64,000 nt of DNA from Bugula neritina (lineage: Eukaryota; Animalia; Bryozoa): NCBI GenBank assembly GCA_964035545.1, contig OZ037766.1, positions 26,440,343-26,504,342 on the forward strand, given 5' to 3'. Below the pieces are notes generated by a model. The model had not been told where the DNA came from, made no database searches, and worked only from the letters and a program-made list of their open reading frames with translations. A program made the translations under genes and the position numbers. The first letter of the stretch is position 1, and every line of letters begins with the position of its first letter. Of this stretch, positions 39,948 through 52,800 are shown piece after piece.

Positions 39948-41159
39948 AACTTTTCCTCAGTCTGGTTCAACTGTTGTGGGGTATACAGATGTTTTTGTTT
40001 TGGATGGCTTATTAGGTAGTGATAGAAAGCTAACAATTTGAATGTAAAAGGGCTTGTGTTAGAAGATTTAGTTAATATAGTGCTCCATCCATGCTTGCTA
40101 CTAAAACTATTGACTTTCAATGTATGTGCCGTTTGTTGGATACTCGCAAGATAATGGTTGTAGAACAGCCAAAACCTCCAAAAAAAATTTATTAGTAAAT
40201 TACCCTAAATGTATCCACATCAGGTAATTTCAGTTACAAAGGTGAATTATCCCTTTGGTCAACAATTTGAAATGGCTTTAATGTGGGTTTGAATATTTGA
40301 TATTTATTGTCAACCTGGGTCTGTTTTTAAAAAGCAAGTTAGCCTTGAACCTTTGTATACAACTGTGTAGCTCGAAATGTAATAGTTCTAGTAATGGAGC
40401 CATTTTTCATCTTCTTAGTAAACCTATGGTTAGATAAGCTGCCCAATAAAACTAAATGTTGGTTTTAAACAAGCTGATAACCTAGATGATTGATTCAATA
40501 TTGTTTTGCCAAGTTTAGTGTGAAGTTTTCAAAAGAAAGATGCAAGAGAGTTTTATAAAGAACTTATAATGTACAGAAAAGAGAAAAAAGTTATTAGCTT
40601 ACAAGTCTATATCCTTGAAAGATATTGTGCCAAGTTATGTTCTTTGAAATACAAAGATAGATAATAAATTATTTATGTATTTTTAATAATTTAGTATTGT
40701 ATGTATAGAAAATTTTCCTAATAACCTAACGACTGTTATTGTTCGTTCATAGCTATTTTATAATGAGTTATCAGTGTTACTTTTAATCAATATGAAATTA
40801 AATTCAAGATAAATGAGAAATAGCAGAGTTTACTTTGAACCTCAGCTGAACTAAGACGATATGAACAGATAATAAAGATCACTATCCTCTAAACTCAATA
40901 ATAAATTGACATAAAAATCTGATAGTGTACTGTATAATGTTAACAAGAAAGTAAGATGAAACATCTATACAATAAGGTATAGATAACACATGAAATATAG
41001 ACTTAACATTACAGAACAGACACAAAGAGTCATGAAAATATAAATTTCGATTAGAGTCAGTATGACCCCTATTATAGTTATATACAACACAGAGTTTAAA
41101 GACACAGCTACATGCACTAAAGTAAACGCCAAATCACATGTCTGACCGCAACAGTGTAT

Positions 41160-44100
41160 TTAGACAGCACAAACTAATATATGATTCTTTGGAGAGCAAG
41201 TTTTGGGCTCCATGAAATAGATTTCTGTAGATGTGACCTCCATTTGACTGTCGATATAGAACTTCCTGTCTATATCCGACAACTTCATGCAGAGTTGACC
41301 TGAAGAATAGAGTAGTAACTAGTGATTACTGACTGATTAAGTAGAGTAGTAACTAGTGAGTACTGACTGATGAAGTAGAGTAGTAACTACTCAGGTAGAG
41401 TACAGACAGTATAGCATACAAGACCTGTGTACAACATGCCTTAAAGCTAAGAGACATCTAAAGATACAGTAATGTTATGTGACATCTAAAGATACAGTAA
41501 TGTTGTGTGACATGCAGATATACAGTAATGTTGTGTGACATGTACCTAAAGACTGCTGTTCAATTCCATGCTCAGTTTTGTCTGAGGAGTGGCGCAACCT
41601 TTTCATATCCTTCAACAAAAAATATAAAACTTGAAGTCAAAGAAAAATGATCAATTATATTAGTGTACACAAAACCTAATTTAGAGCAAATTTAAAAACA
41701 AGAAAATTCCCTTAAATACGAAACTTTAGCACATTCACTTGACTACAAGAATAGGAACAAAATAATCAAACATAGAAAAGAACGAATATTAATAATTCCT
41801 GGCATGATGAGAAAACTTTTGACATGAGACAACTGGTAGACAGTTCCATTTAAAGTAAAGAAAATATTATCATATTAGAAACCAAACAGGCATAACATAG
41901 TGGAATAGGAACATATAGTTACTTCTCAGTTAATAATTTTAATCCATCCATGTATGAATAGATACTACAATACTACCCCCACCTCATAGTATCTCACAAG
42001 AAATTGGATTCATCCCCCTTAGCAAACCATAAATGTGAGCATTAGCAAAGGTGAATCTAGCTTCTCTCTGTTCAAAGCTAACAGATGATAATTGCTAAAT
42101 ATAGAGAAACCTATCGCCAAGCATTGCAGACTCTTCAATGAGTAACAAAAACTTCACCAAACATGGCAAAGTTAAAAAAAACATAAATGATGAAAATCTA
42201 GGTTAAACCTAAAAGCCCTCCCACAAAATACTACTGTATTATTTCTGGTCGTTTTTCAACTCGAAATGAAAAGTAGATAAACTCAGGTACCTGTGAGGTT
42301 AAAAGCTGCCTGAACTCTTGACTACGAGGGAGCTGTAGGGTTGAGGTGGGCTGCACCGTCCCGTAACAGCAAGGACATATGACTAAACTAGCCCTGGATC
42401 TGATACACTGCTCAATAACCAGATCCGCAGCTAAGCCACAAGCATGGAGCGTAACTCCGATGTTGAAAGCTCCTCTGTATTTGGTAAGATTGCACTACAA
42501 CAAATCAAATTATACCATATCTATCATTAATATTGAAACAAGTAGTACTACGTATATTATTTACAGTTTATAAAAAAACCCAAACAAGCTTCAGAGAAGA
42601 GATCTTGGATCACAGATTAAGTCACCGAGAGAACCATGTTACATAATTTGTCTAATCACTGAGTAAGGGAGAGTGACAGTCGTAACATTAAATTTAAACA
42701 TTAAATAAAAGTTACGCAGTTGATATGGTAAATAAAATTAATGATGTCTTTTCCTTAAAAGCATTTGTTTGTGCTCATAAATGATAAAGTATATTGACTG
42801 GTGTAGCAGTGCAACATTGCTTGTTAGAGATACTTACATTTACCTTGACACAGAATCAAGTTGGTAGACTCACCTGATACAGAGTGATATTGGTAAGGCC
42901 AAGAGTCAACATGTTCTGGTGGGCATTGTTGAGTGACTCCTCTTTGTTTTCTATAAGATGAACTGAGATGCGAGGATGAAGGTAAGCGAGTAGGAGGCCT
43001 AGATGACCCCCACCCGCACAGAACTCTACGACTAGAGTATCATCACAGGCTTGCATTGAGCTGTTTATACAGGATAAAGCATGAGTGTACATACTCTCTA
43101 GCTGCTGCCTCTTTCGTGCTGACCTCTTCCCAGGTAGTTTACCACCTACAGGTAGTATTATAACTCAGTAACCTACCACCTACCGGTAGTATTATAACTC
43201 AGTAACCTACCACCTACAGGTAGTATTATAACTCAGTAACCTACCACCTACAGGTAGTATTATAACTCAGTAACCTACCTACCTACAGGTAGTATTATAG
43301 CTCAGTAACCAAATAGTGGACATAACTCCTCAATATAAATTGAGTATTAGAAACATAGAAAAAAGATCGCTTAGACACAACTGGTATGAGAACATAGTTA
43401 TACATGTATTGTAACAATAAAGTAGTTAAAATATTATTCAACCATGATCAATACATTCATAACACAAATCAACTTTGTTACAGTATTGCAGTTCGGTTTT
43501 CTGAGGTAAGTCTGTTTATACGAGGTGGATTAAAACAGCTCACAGTTTAGTAACATAACCTTGAAGAAGAATGCTTCAGAATTACTATCAAGCACATTAC
43601 TAGTAGAAATACAGTACTAGAACTCCATCCACCAATAGTGACTTACTGGAAAAAACTTAATTAGTTGAAATAACCACAATTAGTGCCATAAAAGTAAGAC
43701 TGCGACAGAAAGAAAAGTAGGGGGTGTGCAGGGAGCCCCTTACAAAACGAGGAGCCAGACCTACCTCTACCAGGATCCAGTTGATACGGTAAACCCTCCC
43801 AATCAATCTTCACAGCTGACGTGTCTTTGATATCATATGTGTGATACACACTCAGCTCATCTACTATATCTGTGTCTCGGAGGCAATTGTTGTGAGCTGG
43901 TATAGTAGTAGTAGCAGTAGTACTCGTAGTTGTACTATTAGCATCATCAGTAGTTATAGTAGTACTATTACTATCAACAGTAGCACTAATCAAAGTATTT
44001 TTTGGATTTAAAAGACTAGTGTCTGCATCTTTATCTAAACTAAGTTGGTTCAACACTGAACTGAGTTTTGTGTGAGCATCAGATGGAGGTGCGATCGCCA

Positions 44101-47100
44101 TTGGAACTGAACTCTCTGAAATAAGAGATAAACAAAGAAATCAACACTTGAAGAACTACAAACAATGCGAGTGATAGGAGTAGCCTGGAAAACATTAAAA
44201 TATGTTGGTAATATTGTTTCAGTAAACCTGCTTTTATCAAGCGTGTAGAAGCAACATATGCCTAGCATAAAATGTTTTGTATTTCTTTAACTTTTTATAA
44301 ATATGATATGACTATTGAATGAGTAATTCAAAAAGAATGTAAAAGCAACAAATGCTTAGCATAAAATTCTTAATTTTTATTTAATTCTTTATAAACATGT
44401 TATGACTATTGGTACTAAAATAACATGCCAACCACATGAGAGCACCTGTTGTGATATGCTTTAGTTCAACAGAGAACTTAGCTTTATATAATTTAATAAA
44501 AAAAAAGGAGTGTATTAGGCAGTGTATTAGGACCATTGTTATTTAATGTGTACATAAATGACATGCACTCTGTGGTAGCCAACAGCAAGCTTAAACTATA
44601 TGCAGATGATTCCTTGTTGTACAAACCAATCACAACACCTGCTGATTCTAGTTTATTTCAGAATGACTTAGACCATCTTATAACTTGGGCAGACAGTTCT
44701 CAGATGAAGTTCAATATAAATAAATGTGAGCATATGACAATTCAACGCTCCACTGTAAATCCTCTAGTGTCTCAATACAGCATGAATAATGACCCCTTAC
44801 AATGTGTTGACAAAGTATTATACCTTGGTGTCACAATTGATAATAAACTGTCATTCGATCAACATATAATAAACATTTGCTCAAAAGCTAATAAATTATT
44901 ACACATGCTGATGCGCTGTCTAAAAAAGGCTAAAAGTAAAACCAGAGCCATAGCTTATAAAACAGTCTGTCGCCCTATACTAGAATTTGCGACCCACACC
45001 TGGTCTCCATTTAAATTGAAAAACATCAACATCATAGAAGGTATAAATAGAAAAGCCTTCAGGTGGACATTCTGTAAGAGAAAACGAGATCATATAACTG
45101 AGCTCATGACAAATTCTAATTGGGATAGCCTTGCACAAAGACGTGATAATGCAGACCAAAAAATGTACTTTCGTATGCTTTCTGGTAGTGCGCTATAGAC
45201 CAAGACCGGTTCTCCCTTCATTTTGCAGAGTCTCACAATACCAGACATGGTGCTATTAAGGGCAATATCAATACCAAAACTGCCAAACATTCATATAAAC
45301 ATCGCATCCATAAACTTTTCTAATGATTCTAGCTGCTTTGCCTAACTGATTATAAGCACTTTACACCGACTCTGCTTTATATCATCTGAAGCTGTGCGGT
45401 GTATATTTATTTACTTTTTTTTTTTTCCCTTTTTTTTCTCTCCTGGCAGTAGCTAGCTATTGAGCTTTGAATCAAAGCATAATTAACTATATTCTTATCT
45501 CGTAGACAAAATGGTTTTCTTCCTTACTACTGATAATTTAAACAATTGTTCATACACCACTGCATCTCGATAAAGGAGCCAAAGCGCTCCGAGTGAGATT
45601 AATTAGATGAGATGAGATGAGAACAACATGAGGAATGTTTACGTACTGAGTTGACAGGTTGGATAGTTTATTCCAGGGAGTTGTCTCATGTTGTTATACC
45701 ATCTACAAGATGATGGAAATTCTGCCAAATATTCCGAGCCTATAAGAGCCTGCAAAGAGAATAAAATTAACGCTAAACTAAATATTAACAGTAAACAGAA
45801 TACTATAAATACGACTTTCAAATGTAAAATAGAATCATTAACAACAGCACTAAACTGTTTATGACGTCAGCAAGTATTGACTATTAAAAATTTGGCTGGG
45901 AGTTGTGCAATCCTGACTTGAAATTAAGAACTAAACATTATATTGCAAACACGTGAGCAACAGTGAAGCAATTTTCTATTTGGGTGACTGACTTTTTGTC
46001 TGCCGATAAAATCTGTTTTTTTGTCTAAATTCCCACTAATTTTGACGTGTGAATCAGTGAGGCATGAAAAATGACAATTTGGCGAAACCAACCAAACATC
46101 CAACATCAAGTGGTTTTATTGCCCATTTCGCAGCAAGCTATAAGAAAATCCCTTGCTTCAGTTAGATGAAATTCATGAAGTAAAACTTAACTTGCACGCT
46201 ATTTTTGTCAAATGTGTTTACATCTTCGCTGATACTAGAATTTTTTAAAATTGATCTTTGAGAAATAAAAAATATCAAATAAGTCTAGAAACCATGAAAA
46301 TATGAATGACTTGGGAACATAAAAATAAGTCTCTACAGAAAGTTGAGCAAGCCGCTACACATTCTTTTACAAAATACGATTTGCATATTGAACAAACTAC
46401 ATTGCACAGACAACCCCAAGTTCTTACATTGATATCTTCAAACAAAACATAGGTTAGCAGGTCTATAAGGTTAGGAAGATGTCCAGTCAGGAATCTAACA
46501 TCAGCAGACGTTGCTGATAGCCTACTTGTCTCATGCAGTATGGAGTAGTAGCTCTTCAGACTCTTGCTCTGGGTGACCTATAGAACATTCTAGAAAAGAT
46601 AATCTTCCCAACTAAACTGCATCATTTCAACAGTTATTCTACAAGTTAATAAAATGTCGATAATAAAGGCACAAAACATATGCAACATTCTTTTAATTAT
46701 TTACCTTGAAATATTTACGATTGTAAGTAGCAACTTTGGGTTTCACATCAAATCTACACTCAATCATATGCAAGGTGTTGGATATTGTATTTATCTGTAG
46801 GCGTTTAGCCGAAGGTTGAGCGAATGCGTCTATCAGAGAGGAAACAACTGCAAATGTTGGTAGTAGACACTCCATAGCAAACTGCGTCCACTGAGATACC
46901 TACAGAAAAAGGAAAATAGGTGTGCCATGCTAGTAATATTAGAAAATCAACTGTTTTAACGCTACTTTCCATAAAAAAGGTCAAAATTTAAAGCTAGTGG
47001 CAAAAAAGAGCTGACAAGATATTATGCAATATTTGAAGAGTAAATTCACACATTCAGCAATGCAAATTGAAAGGTCAGCATTGCGCCACCTGGTGTATTT

Positions 47101-49111
47101 CGAATACAACTAGCACTGGAGAGTAGAGTATTACTGCAGGATACTGCCAATCTAACCCAGTCCAACACAGGAATGCTAATTATATTAACATAAACTATTA
47201 CTTACCTCAACACAGGCATTGAAGCATGTTTCTTTGTATCCCTGTAAATAAGAACAGTGTACAACAGTATTTTAGTGTATTTCAAATGATCAAAATGCTT
47301 TTAGTATGTTTGATAATAAAACTAATAGCTCAAGCAAACAATTTTTTGTTAAACTTTCATTAAATCTTTAAATGTATCCAAACATAAACCAAGTGCAATG
47401 TTTATATGTAAGTATATATTATGGAGGAACTTACAAGTAAATGATTGAACCCATATTCAGGCAGGTAAGAATGACAGGTGAGGGTCATAAACCTGAGGAG
47501 GGTAGCCAAACCAGACCTTACCACACCATTACTTATACTGCAGGGTAGTTCAACTCTTCTACACTCTTTCTCCTGGGTACAGAATGTAACACAGGCTATA
47601 GCATAGTACAGTAACACAGGCTATACCATAGTACAGTAACACAGGCTATACCATAGTACAATAACACAGGCTATACCATAGTACAATAACACAGGCTATA
47701 CCATAGTACAGCAACACAGGCTATACTATAGTACAGTAACACAGGCTATACCATATATACCATGGTATAGCCTGTGTACAGAATGTAACAGAGGCTATAC
47801 CATAGTACAGTAACACAGGCTATACTATAGTACAGTAACACAGGCTATACCATAGTACAGTAACACAGGCTATACCATATATACCATGGTATAGCCTGTG
47901 TACAGAATTTAACAGAGGCTATACCATAGTACAGTAACACAGGCTATACTATAGTACAGTAACACAGGCTATACCATAGTACAGTAACACAGGCTATACC
48001 ATAGTACAGTAACACAGGCTATAGCATAGTACAATAACACAGGCTATACTATAGTACAGTAACAGAGGCTATACCAGAGTACAGTAACACAGGCTATACC
48101 AGAGTACAGCAACACAGGCTATACCATAGTACAGTAACACAGGCTATATCATAGTACAGTAACACAGACTACACCATATAGCTTAGCAACACCAGCAATT
48201 TCATAGCATATTACCCAGCATTTGGTGGTAAAAAGCATCAACAATTTAGAACTGAGTGTTTGTAAGCAATACTATGAAGAACCACCATGCTAAAGCTCAT
48301 TACAGTTGTAAAAACTTTTAGTATTGAGTTATAAAGTTAGGAGTAATTACCATGTCACTGTGAGATACACATGACACGCCGGCTGCATCTTCAGAATCTA
48401 CACAATATAATGAAATCAAACATTTTCAAAATTGCATCACTTGAAATTTCAACTTGCAATTGCCAAGATGTTAAGAGTTTTTGCTATTTGCCACCGAGTT
48501 TTAAATTCTGTGCCCTTAAAGTCTAAAAGACTCAACTTTAAAAGCCGTAGCTTTCTTAAAGCCCATGAAATGCTACTTCTTCAACATTCACTATTTATAA
48601 ATTTGTATTCAATAAACATTATGTAACAATAATATCACATATTTAGCTGAAACTTAATTTGATTACATCCAGCTGGAACCCTTTTTGATTTGATCATATG
48701 ACCCAAAACAAAATTATTTGACAACAATTGTTAACTTTGCAATTTCCAACAAGCCTATTTCAACAAGGAAAAAATTAAACATTGTTTTATCTGTAGCTAC
48801 ATAAAACTGAAGTATGTATTCTAAACCTTTCTATATTGAGTAGCTGTAAACATTGTTACATACTTTTATTCACGGCAATATACCTTACGTTAGTGTTAAT
48901 AAGTACACCTACTATTAGAGTTATTGGGGTGCACAGTTGTTATAATAAAGAGAGATAGTAAAGAGTCTTTGCCCAGGTTCTTTTGTCCTTGTAATAGGTG
49001 ATCGTCTAGAAACTCCTTGTACCAGTACAATAGCCTAGTATCACTAGGCAAGACTATACTGTTGGGTTGACGTCCTTCACAATAGATGACTATAGGTTGA
49101 CAACCACACAT
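41160..49111 (-). CDS. GSTCD: Glutathione S-transferase C-terminal domain-containing protein (GST-C + methyltransferase-like domain), ~12 exons
   Basis: ELPCSISNGVVRSGLATLLRFM, VSQWTQFAMECL, IDWEGLPYQLDPGRG, GKLPGKRSARKRQQLES, VVEFCAGGGHLGLLLAY...LIENKEESL, FNIGVTLHACGLAAD, CPCCYG and the C-terminal MEPKTCSPKNHILVCAV* are all characteristic GSTCD motifs. Confidence 0.92.
41308..41545. repeat. Two short minisatellites filling a GSTCD intron: 34-bp x ~2.5 at the acceptor end and 28-bp x ~3.5 at the donor end
   Basis: AGAGTAGTAACTAGTGA(T/G)TACTGACTGAT(T/G)AAGT; GACATCTAAAGATACAGTAATGTTGTGT. Confidence 0.85.
43140..43310. repeat. 34-bp minisatellite (~5 copies) spanning a GSTCD splice acceptor
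   Basis: Unit TACCACCTACAGGTAGTATTATAACTCAGTAACC. The first unit contains the acceptor CTGTAG|GTGGTA. Confidence 0.93.
44508..45621 (+). mobile_element. 5'-truncated non-LTR retrotransposon (LINE, CR1/L2-group-like RT C-terminal half + 3' UTR), antisense in a GSTCD intron
   Basis: GSVLGPLLFNVYINDM, YADD, W...QMKFNINKC, YLGVTIDNKLSF, AYKTVCRPILEF. An apparent 1-nt frameshift near 45193 is followed by ORF continuation to ~45323 (HNTRHG...SYKHRI). The 3' tail is (GATGA)n at 45606-45621. Confidence 0.92.
47082..47096 (-). promoter_or_regulatory. Candidate CTCF-binding core motif
   Basis: Minus strand ACACCAGGTGGCGCA matches the CTCF core CCACCAGGTGGCGC at 13 of 14 positions, in an otherwise very AT-rich intron. 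Confidence 0.35.
47586..48178. repeat. 25-bp minisatellite (~22 units) with two internal fold-back inversions, starting ~10 bp from a GSTCD acceptor
   Basis: Unit GTAACACAGGCTATACCATAGTACA. Inverted ATGGTATAGCCTGTG at ~47762 and ~47886. Confidence 0.95.
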
Positions 49112-49719
49112 CACTACAAAAAATCAGTATAACTTATATAAAATACCCAATTCTGTTTGATGTCTTAAATTTAATAGTAATACTAATACCTAGAAAATTA
49201 ATTTGAACTCTTTATTATTATTATTGATACTAATAGCAATACTCACTAATAGTAACAGTAGTAGACTTACCAATACCAAAATCAATAGTAATACTAATAG
49301 TATTACTATTAGTATTAACCCAATCAAGATCAAGCTCAAAAAGATCAAGTATCGCTATGACGCTATCACTATCAGTATCACTCATCAGTATCAGTATGAC
49401 TCAGACTGAGACTGTAAGTGTATGAGTATCTGCAAGTGCATTACTAATACTTTTTATTAGTAGTGATATTACTATTACTACTAACTGATTATAAAAAAGT
49501 GGAAACTATTACTATTGTCTATTACTTATAGCTGACATTGTCTAGTTTTTGTTGAAGAAACTGAAAAACAATACGCTGGCTTCGAGAAATGGTCCATGTG
49601 AGTTTATTATTGCACAAAATATAAAAACATACAAAAAGTGTTATATCTCTAACAATGTTAACATTTGCCTGCATAATTTTCTCCGTGCTGCTATTCCGCA
49701 TGCGTAACAAAGCTAACAT

Positions 49720-49879
49720 CCGGAGATCCCATACGGCGTTGAAGTTGGGACATGTGAAATGATAATACTAAAAAAGTATTTATAAATATTTGATATAATA
49801 AATTTGTATTTTATATGAAAAATATAATCTATATATAATATATATTTTACTGTCCTAAATTGGTATCAAATTGTATACA
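49720..49879. promoter_or_regulatory. Probable bidirectional promoter between GSTCD (-) and DNAJA3 (+)
   Basis: Head-to-head arrangement. A candidate GSTCD 5' exon with a donor at ~49525 extends to ~49740, the DNAJA3 ATG is at 49880, and the spacer is extremely AT-rich. Confidence 0.5.
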
Positions 49880-52800
49880 ATGAAATCAAACCCAATTGTA
49901 TGCTTTCGTCAAGTAATCTTCAATACTCATTCGAAAAGAGAAGTGGCAATTACAACTAAAAAGTTATTCAATGTGAATGTAAATTTGTCTTTGGGATCGG
50001 CCTGGCTCTGTTGTGGTAAGCTCAAGTTGTGAAAATTTAACATAGGTTCATTCACATCAATTTTTTAATTTAATTTTATGCAAATTCAAAATGTTGAATT
50101 ACCTGATTGAATTAAAATTAAAATAGTTTAATTTAATTAATAATTATTGAATTTTAAAATTAATTGTTATTGTAATTAATAATCTATTAAACTCAATTTT
50201 AGTTTGAGTTTCATATTCAACCGTTACCGGTAAATTTAAATTACAGTATAAGTATTCGTCATTAATGTATATTTCTTCAACAATTTAAGTGTAAGAGCAT
50301 GACTCTACTTGAAGTTAAACTACCCTTGATAAAATAAAACAGAAAAGTTGTGCTTGTAGTTGAACATGCCTTCAGGCACTTTAACTTTGTTACTTAGACT
50401 TAGTATTGCTATTAGTAAGGTTTGATTATAAACTTCAAGTGATAAATATATTTGTTAATAAATAATGTTGAAATATGATTGAAATTGAAACCGATAAAAT
50501 ACTTTTACTGATATTAGTACTATAACTAATACGGTTATGGTGGTTTTTTAAAAGCTCTCAGTGTGATACAGTGTTTAAATATTTGCAGTATATAGAATGG
50601 AAAGTTGCCAACTAAAGTTTGAAATGCCAATAAGGTCACATTTATACTTTATTAATTATATTATTTTATTGATTTGTAGCCGCAAGGAATCTTTATGTTG
50701 ATAATAGCAATTGGAGAAAGTTCAGGGCTGGCACTCTACTCCCTAGGTCTAGTAACTTAGAAAATATTTCACATAGTTATTTCCACACAACTAGTAATAA
50801 GTATGCTGCTAAACGAAATTTTTATGAAGTGCTAGGAGTGCCTAAAAATGCATCTGCAAAAGACATAAAGAAAGCGTACTATCAAGTAAGTCTCTCAAAT
50901 GCTACCTCTACTTTGTGAATATGTTTATTGAAAATGCTACTAACAACCATAATCTCTAGAATTAGAGCACACAATATAAATACCTCTTTAGGTACCCCAC
51001 TGTTCATGTTGTTACTATTTGCTAAAGCAATGTTTTTTTGCAATTATAACTTTAATTTTTATACCAGTATAAGATACTGGTTTGATGAGAAATTGTTTAC
51101 GTATATGCATGAGTAGTGCAGTGTAGGTAAACCATGTTGGGAAGTTGAAAGGGCAGGAGTAGTTAATAGTTTGTGTCAAGTTTTGGAACATTTTAAAGTA
51201 GGTAGATATTTTTTTTCTTTCAGCTTCCATTAACCTCTTAAGGTTTCTTGTGTCATTCAATATAATATCCCGAATTTCTGTTTACTGTACTTGACATAAT
51301 ATGATACTCTAGTATTATATAATATCTCATATAATTCACTAAATTTGAACTATTCGTTTAGTCAGATGTTTCTAATACAACTAAGTTGATGGCTCTCTAA
51401 ATTAATTATACTGAAAATAAACACCTGCAGTTTCACCTACTATTTTGTTACTATCTGCTTACAGTTGGCTAAAAAATATCACCCAGACACCAATAAAAGT
51501 GATCCACAGGCGCAGAAGAAGTTTACAGAAGTGTCTGAAGCTTACGAGGTACTGTTTACTGTTACTAGTATACTAAACTCTTGGTATTTACTGTTACTAG
51601 TATACTAAACTCTTGGTATTTACTGTTACTAGTATACTAAACTCTTGGTATTTACTATTACTAGTATATGAAACTCATACGATCACTGCTACTGATAATG
51701 CTGCTGCCACTGCTACTGATACAACTACTTTTATTCAACATAGCTCTATTTCACTGCTACTTTCACTACAGGTGCTGAGTGATAAAGAGCAAAGAAAGCA
51801 GTATGATATGTTTGGTCAGACTGGGGGTGCCAGTGCTGGAACCGGCTCACAAGGATTTCACGGTGAGTCAGATATTTACTTCTCTAATAAATAGTAAATC
51901 ATAAATTCAGCTACATACAGATTGCTCTTAAGCTCTCTTTCTATTTTTTTGTAGTTTTAACCTAAATGATTTCGCAATTCTAGCAATATATACATGTAGT
52001 AGCTAATTCCTCGTGTGTTAGTTGTTTATAATGCAATGGTCAGTGGAACTTGAACATGCAGTTTCTACCATGCTTGTTTCTCTGGACTATTCCTGCCAAC
52101 TGTTCTAGAAAATAGGGTGTAGTGTTAGCTGTTTGAGTCGCAACTCAAATAGAAGAGACCTTGCTGTGTGAACTACTAGTGTGTTTGCCTTGTTTGCACC
52201 TGGGACAGCTTCTATAACCACTCTGATTGTACTGTATGCAGATGTTACTTGTTGTATATTCAATTAACTTATGGGATCTTTTGTTTGTGTCGCAGGTGGA
52301 GGCTTTCAGCACATGGACCCTGAGGAATTGTTTAGGAACATATTTGGGAACTTTGGGGCTGGCAATACCAGAGGTGGGTTCAGATTTGACAACATGGGAG
52401 ATTACGAAGAAGCTGGCTTCGGATTCGGATCTACCCAGGAGGTTAGTGAGTCATCCATCACATATTGTGACAGACAGCTGGTGAAATCATAGTGGCGTTC
52501 CTAACATGCTTGGCTTCTTTTAAAGCACAATTTTGAAAGTTCAGTGTGCAGAAGTTATTGCTTGTCCATGTATGCAGGTGATGATGAACCTGAAGTTTGA
52601 GGAAGCAGCGCGAGGTGTTAATAAGGACATTAGTGTCAACATTACAGACACTTGCCCCAAGTGTCAGGGAAGAAAGCATGAACCTGGCAGGAAACCAGTC
52701 ACCTGCCCTGCTTGTCACGGAACCGGAATGGTAAGTGTACAGCTGTTAACATGTTCTCACCCTTCTTATCTTCTTGTTGACAAGAAGTGATAAAACACCA

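Noticed and set aside
44245-44412. ~95-bp-period degenerate duplication next to the LINE as its TSD
   Set aside because: Both copies are on the same side of the element, so this is an ordinary local tandem duplication.
48900-48980. Possible GC-AG donor in the first GSTCD coding exon
   Set aside because: A canonical GTAGGT donor further along the same open frame (~48912) gives the required phase 1.
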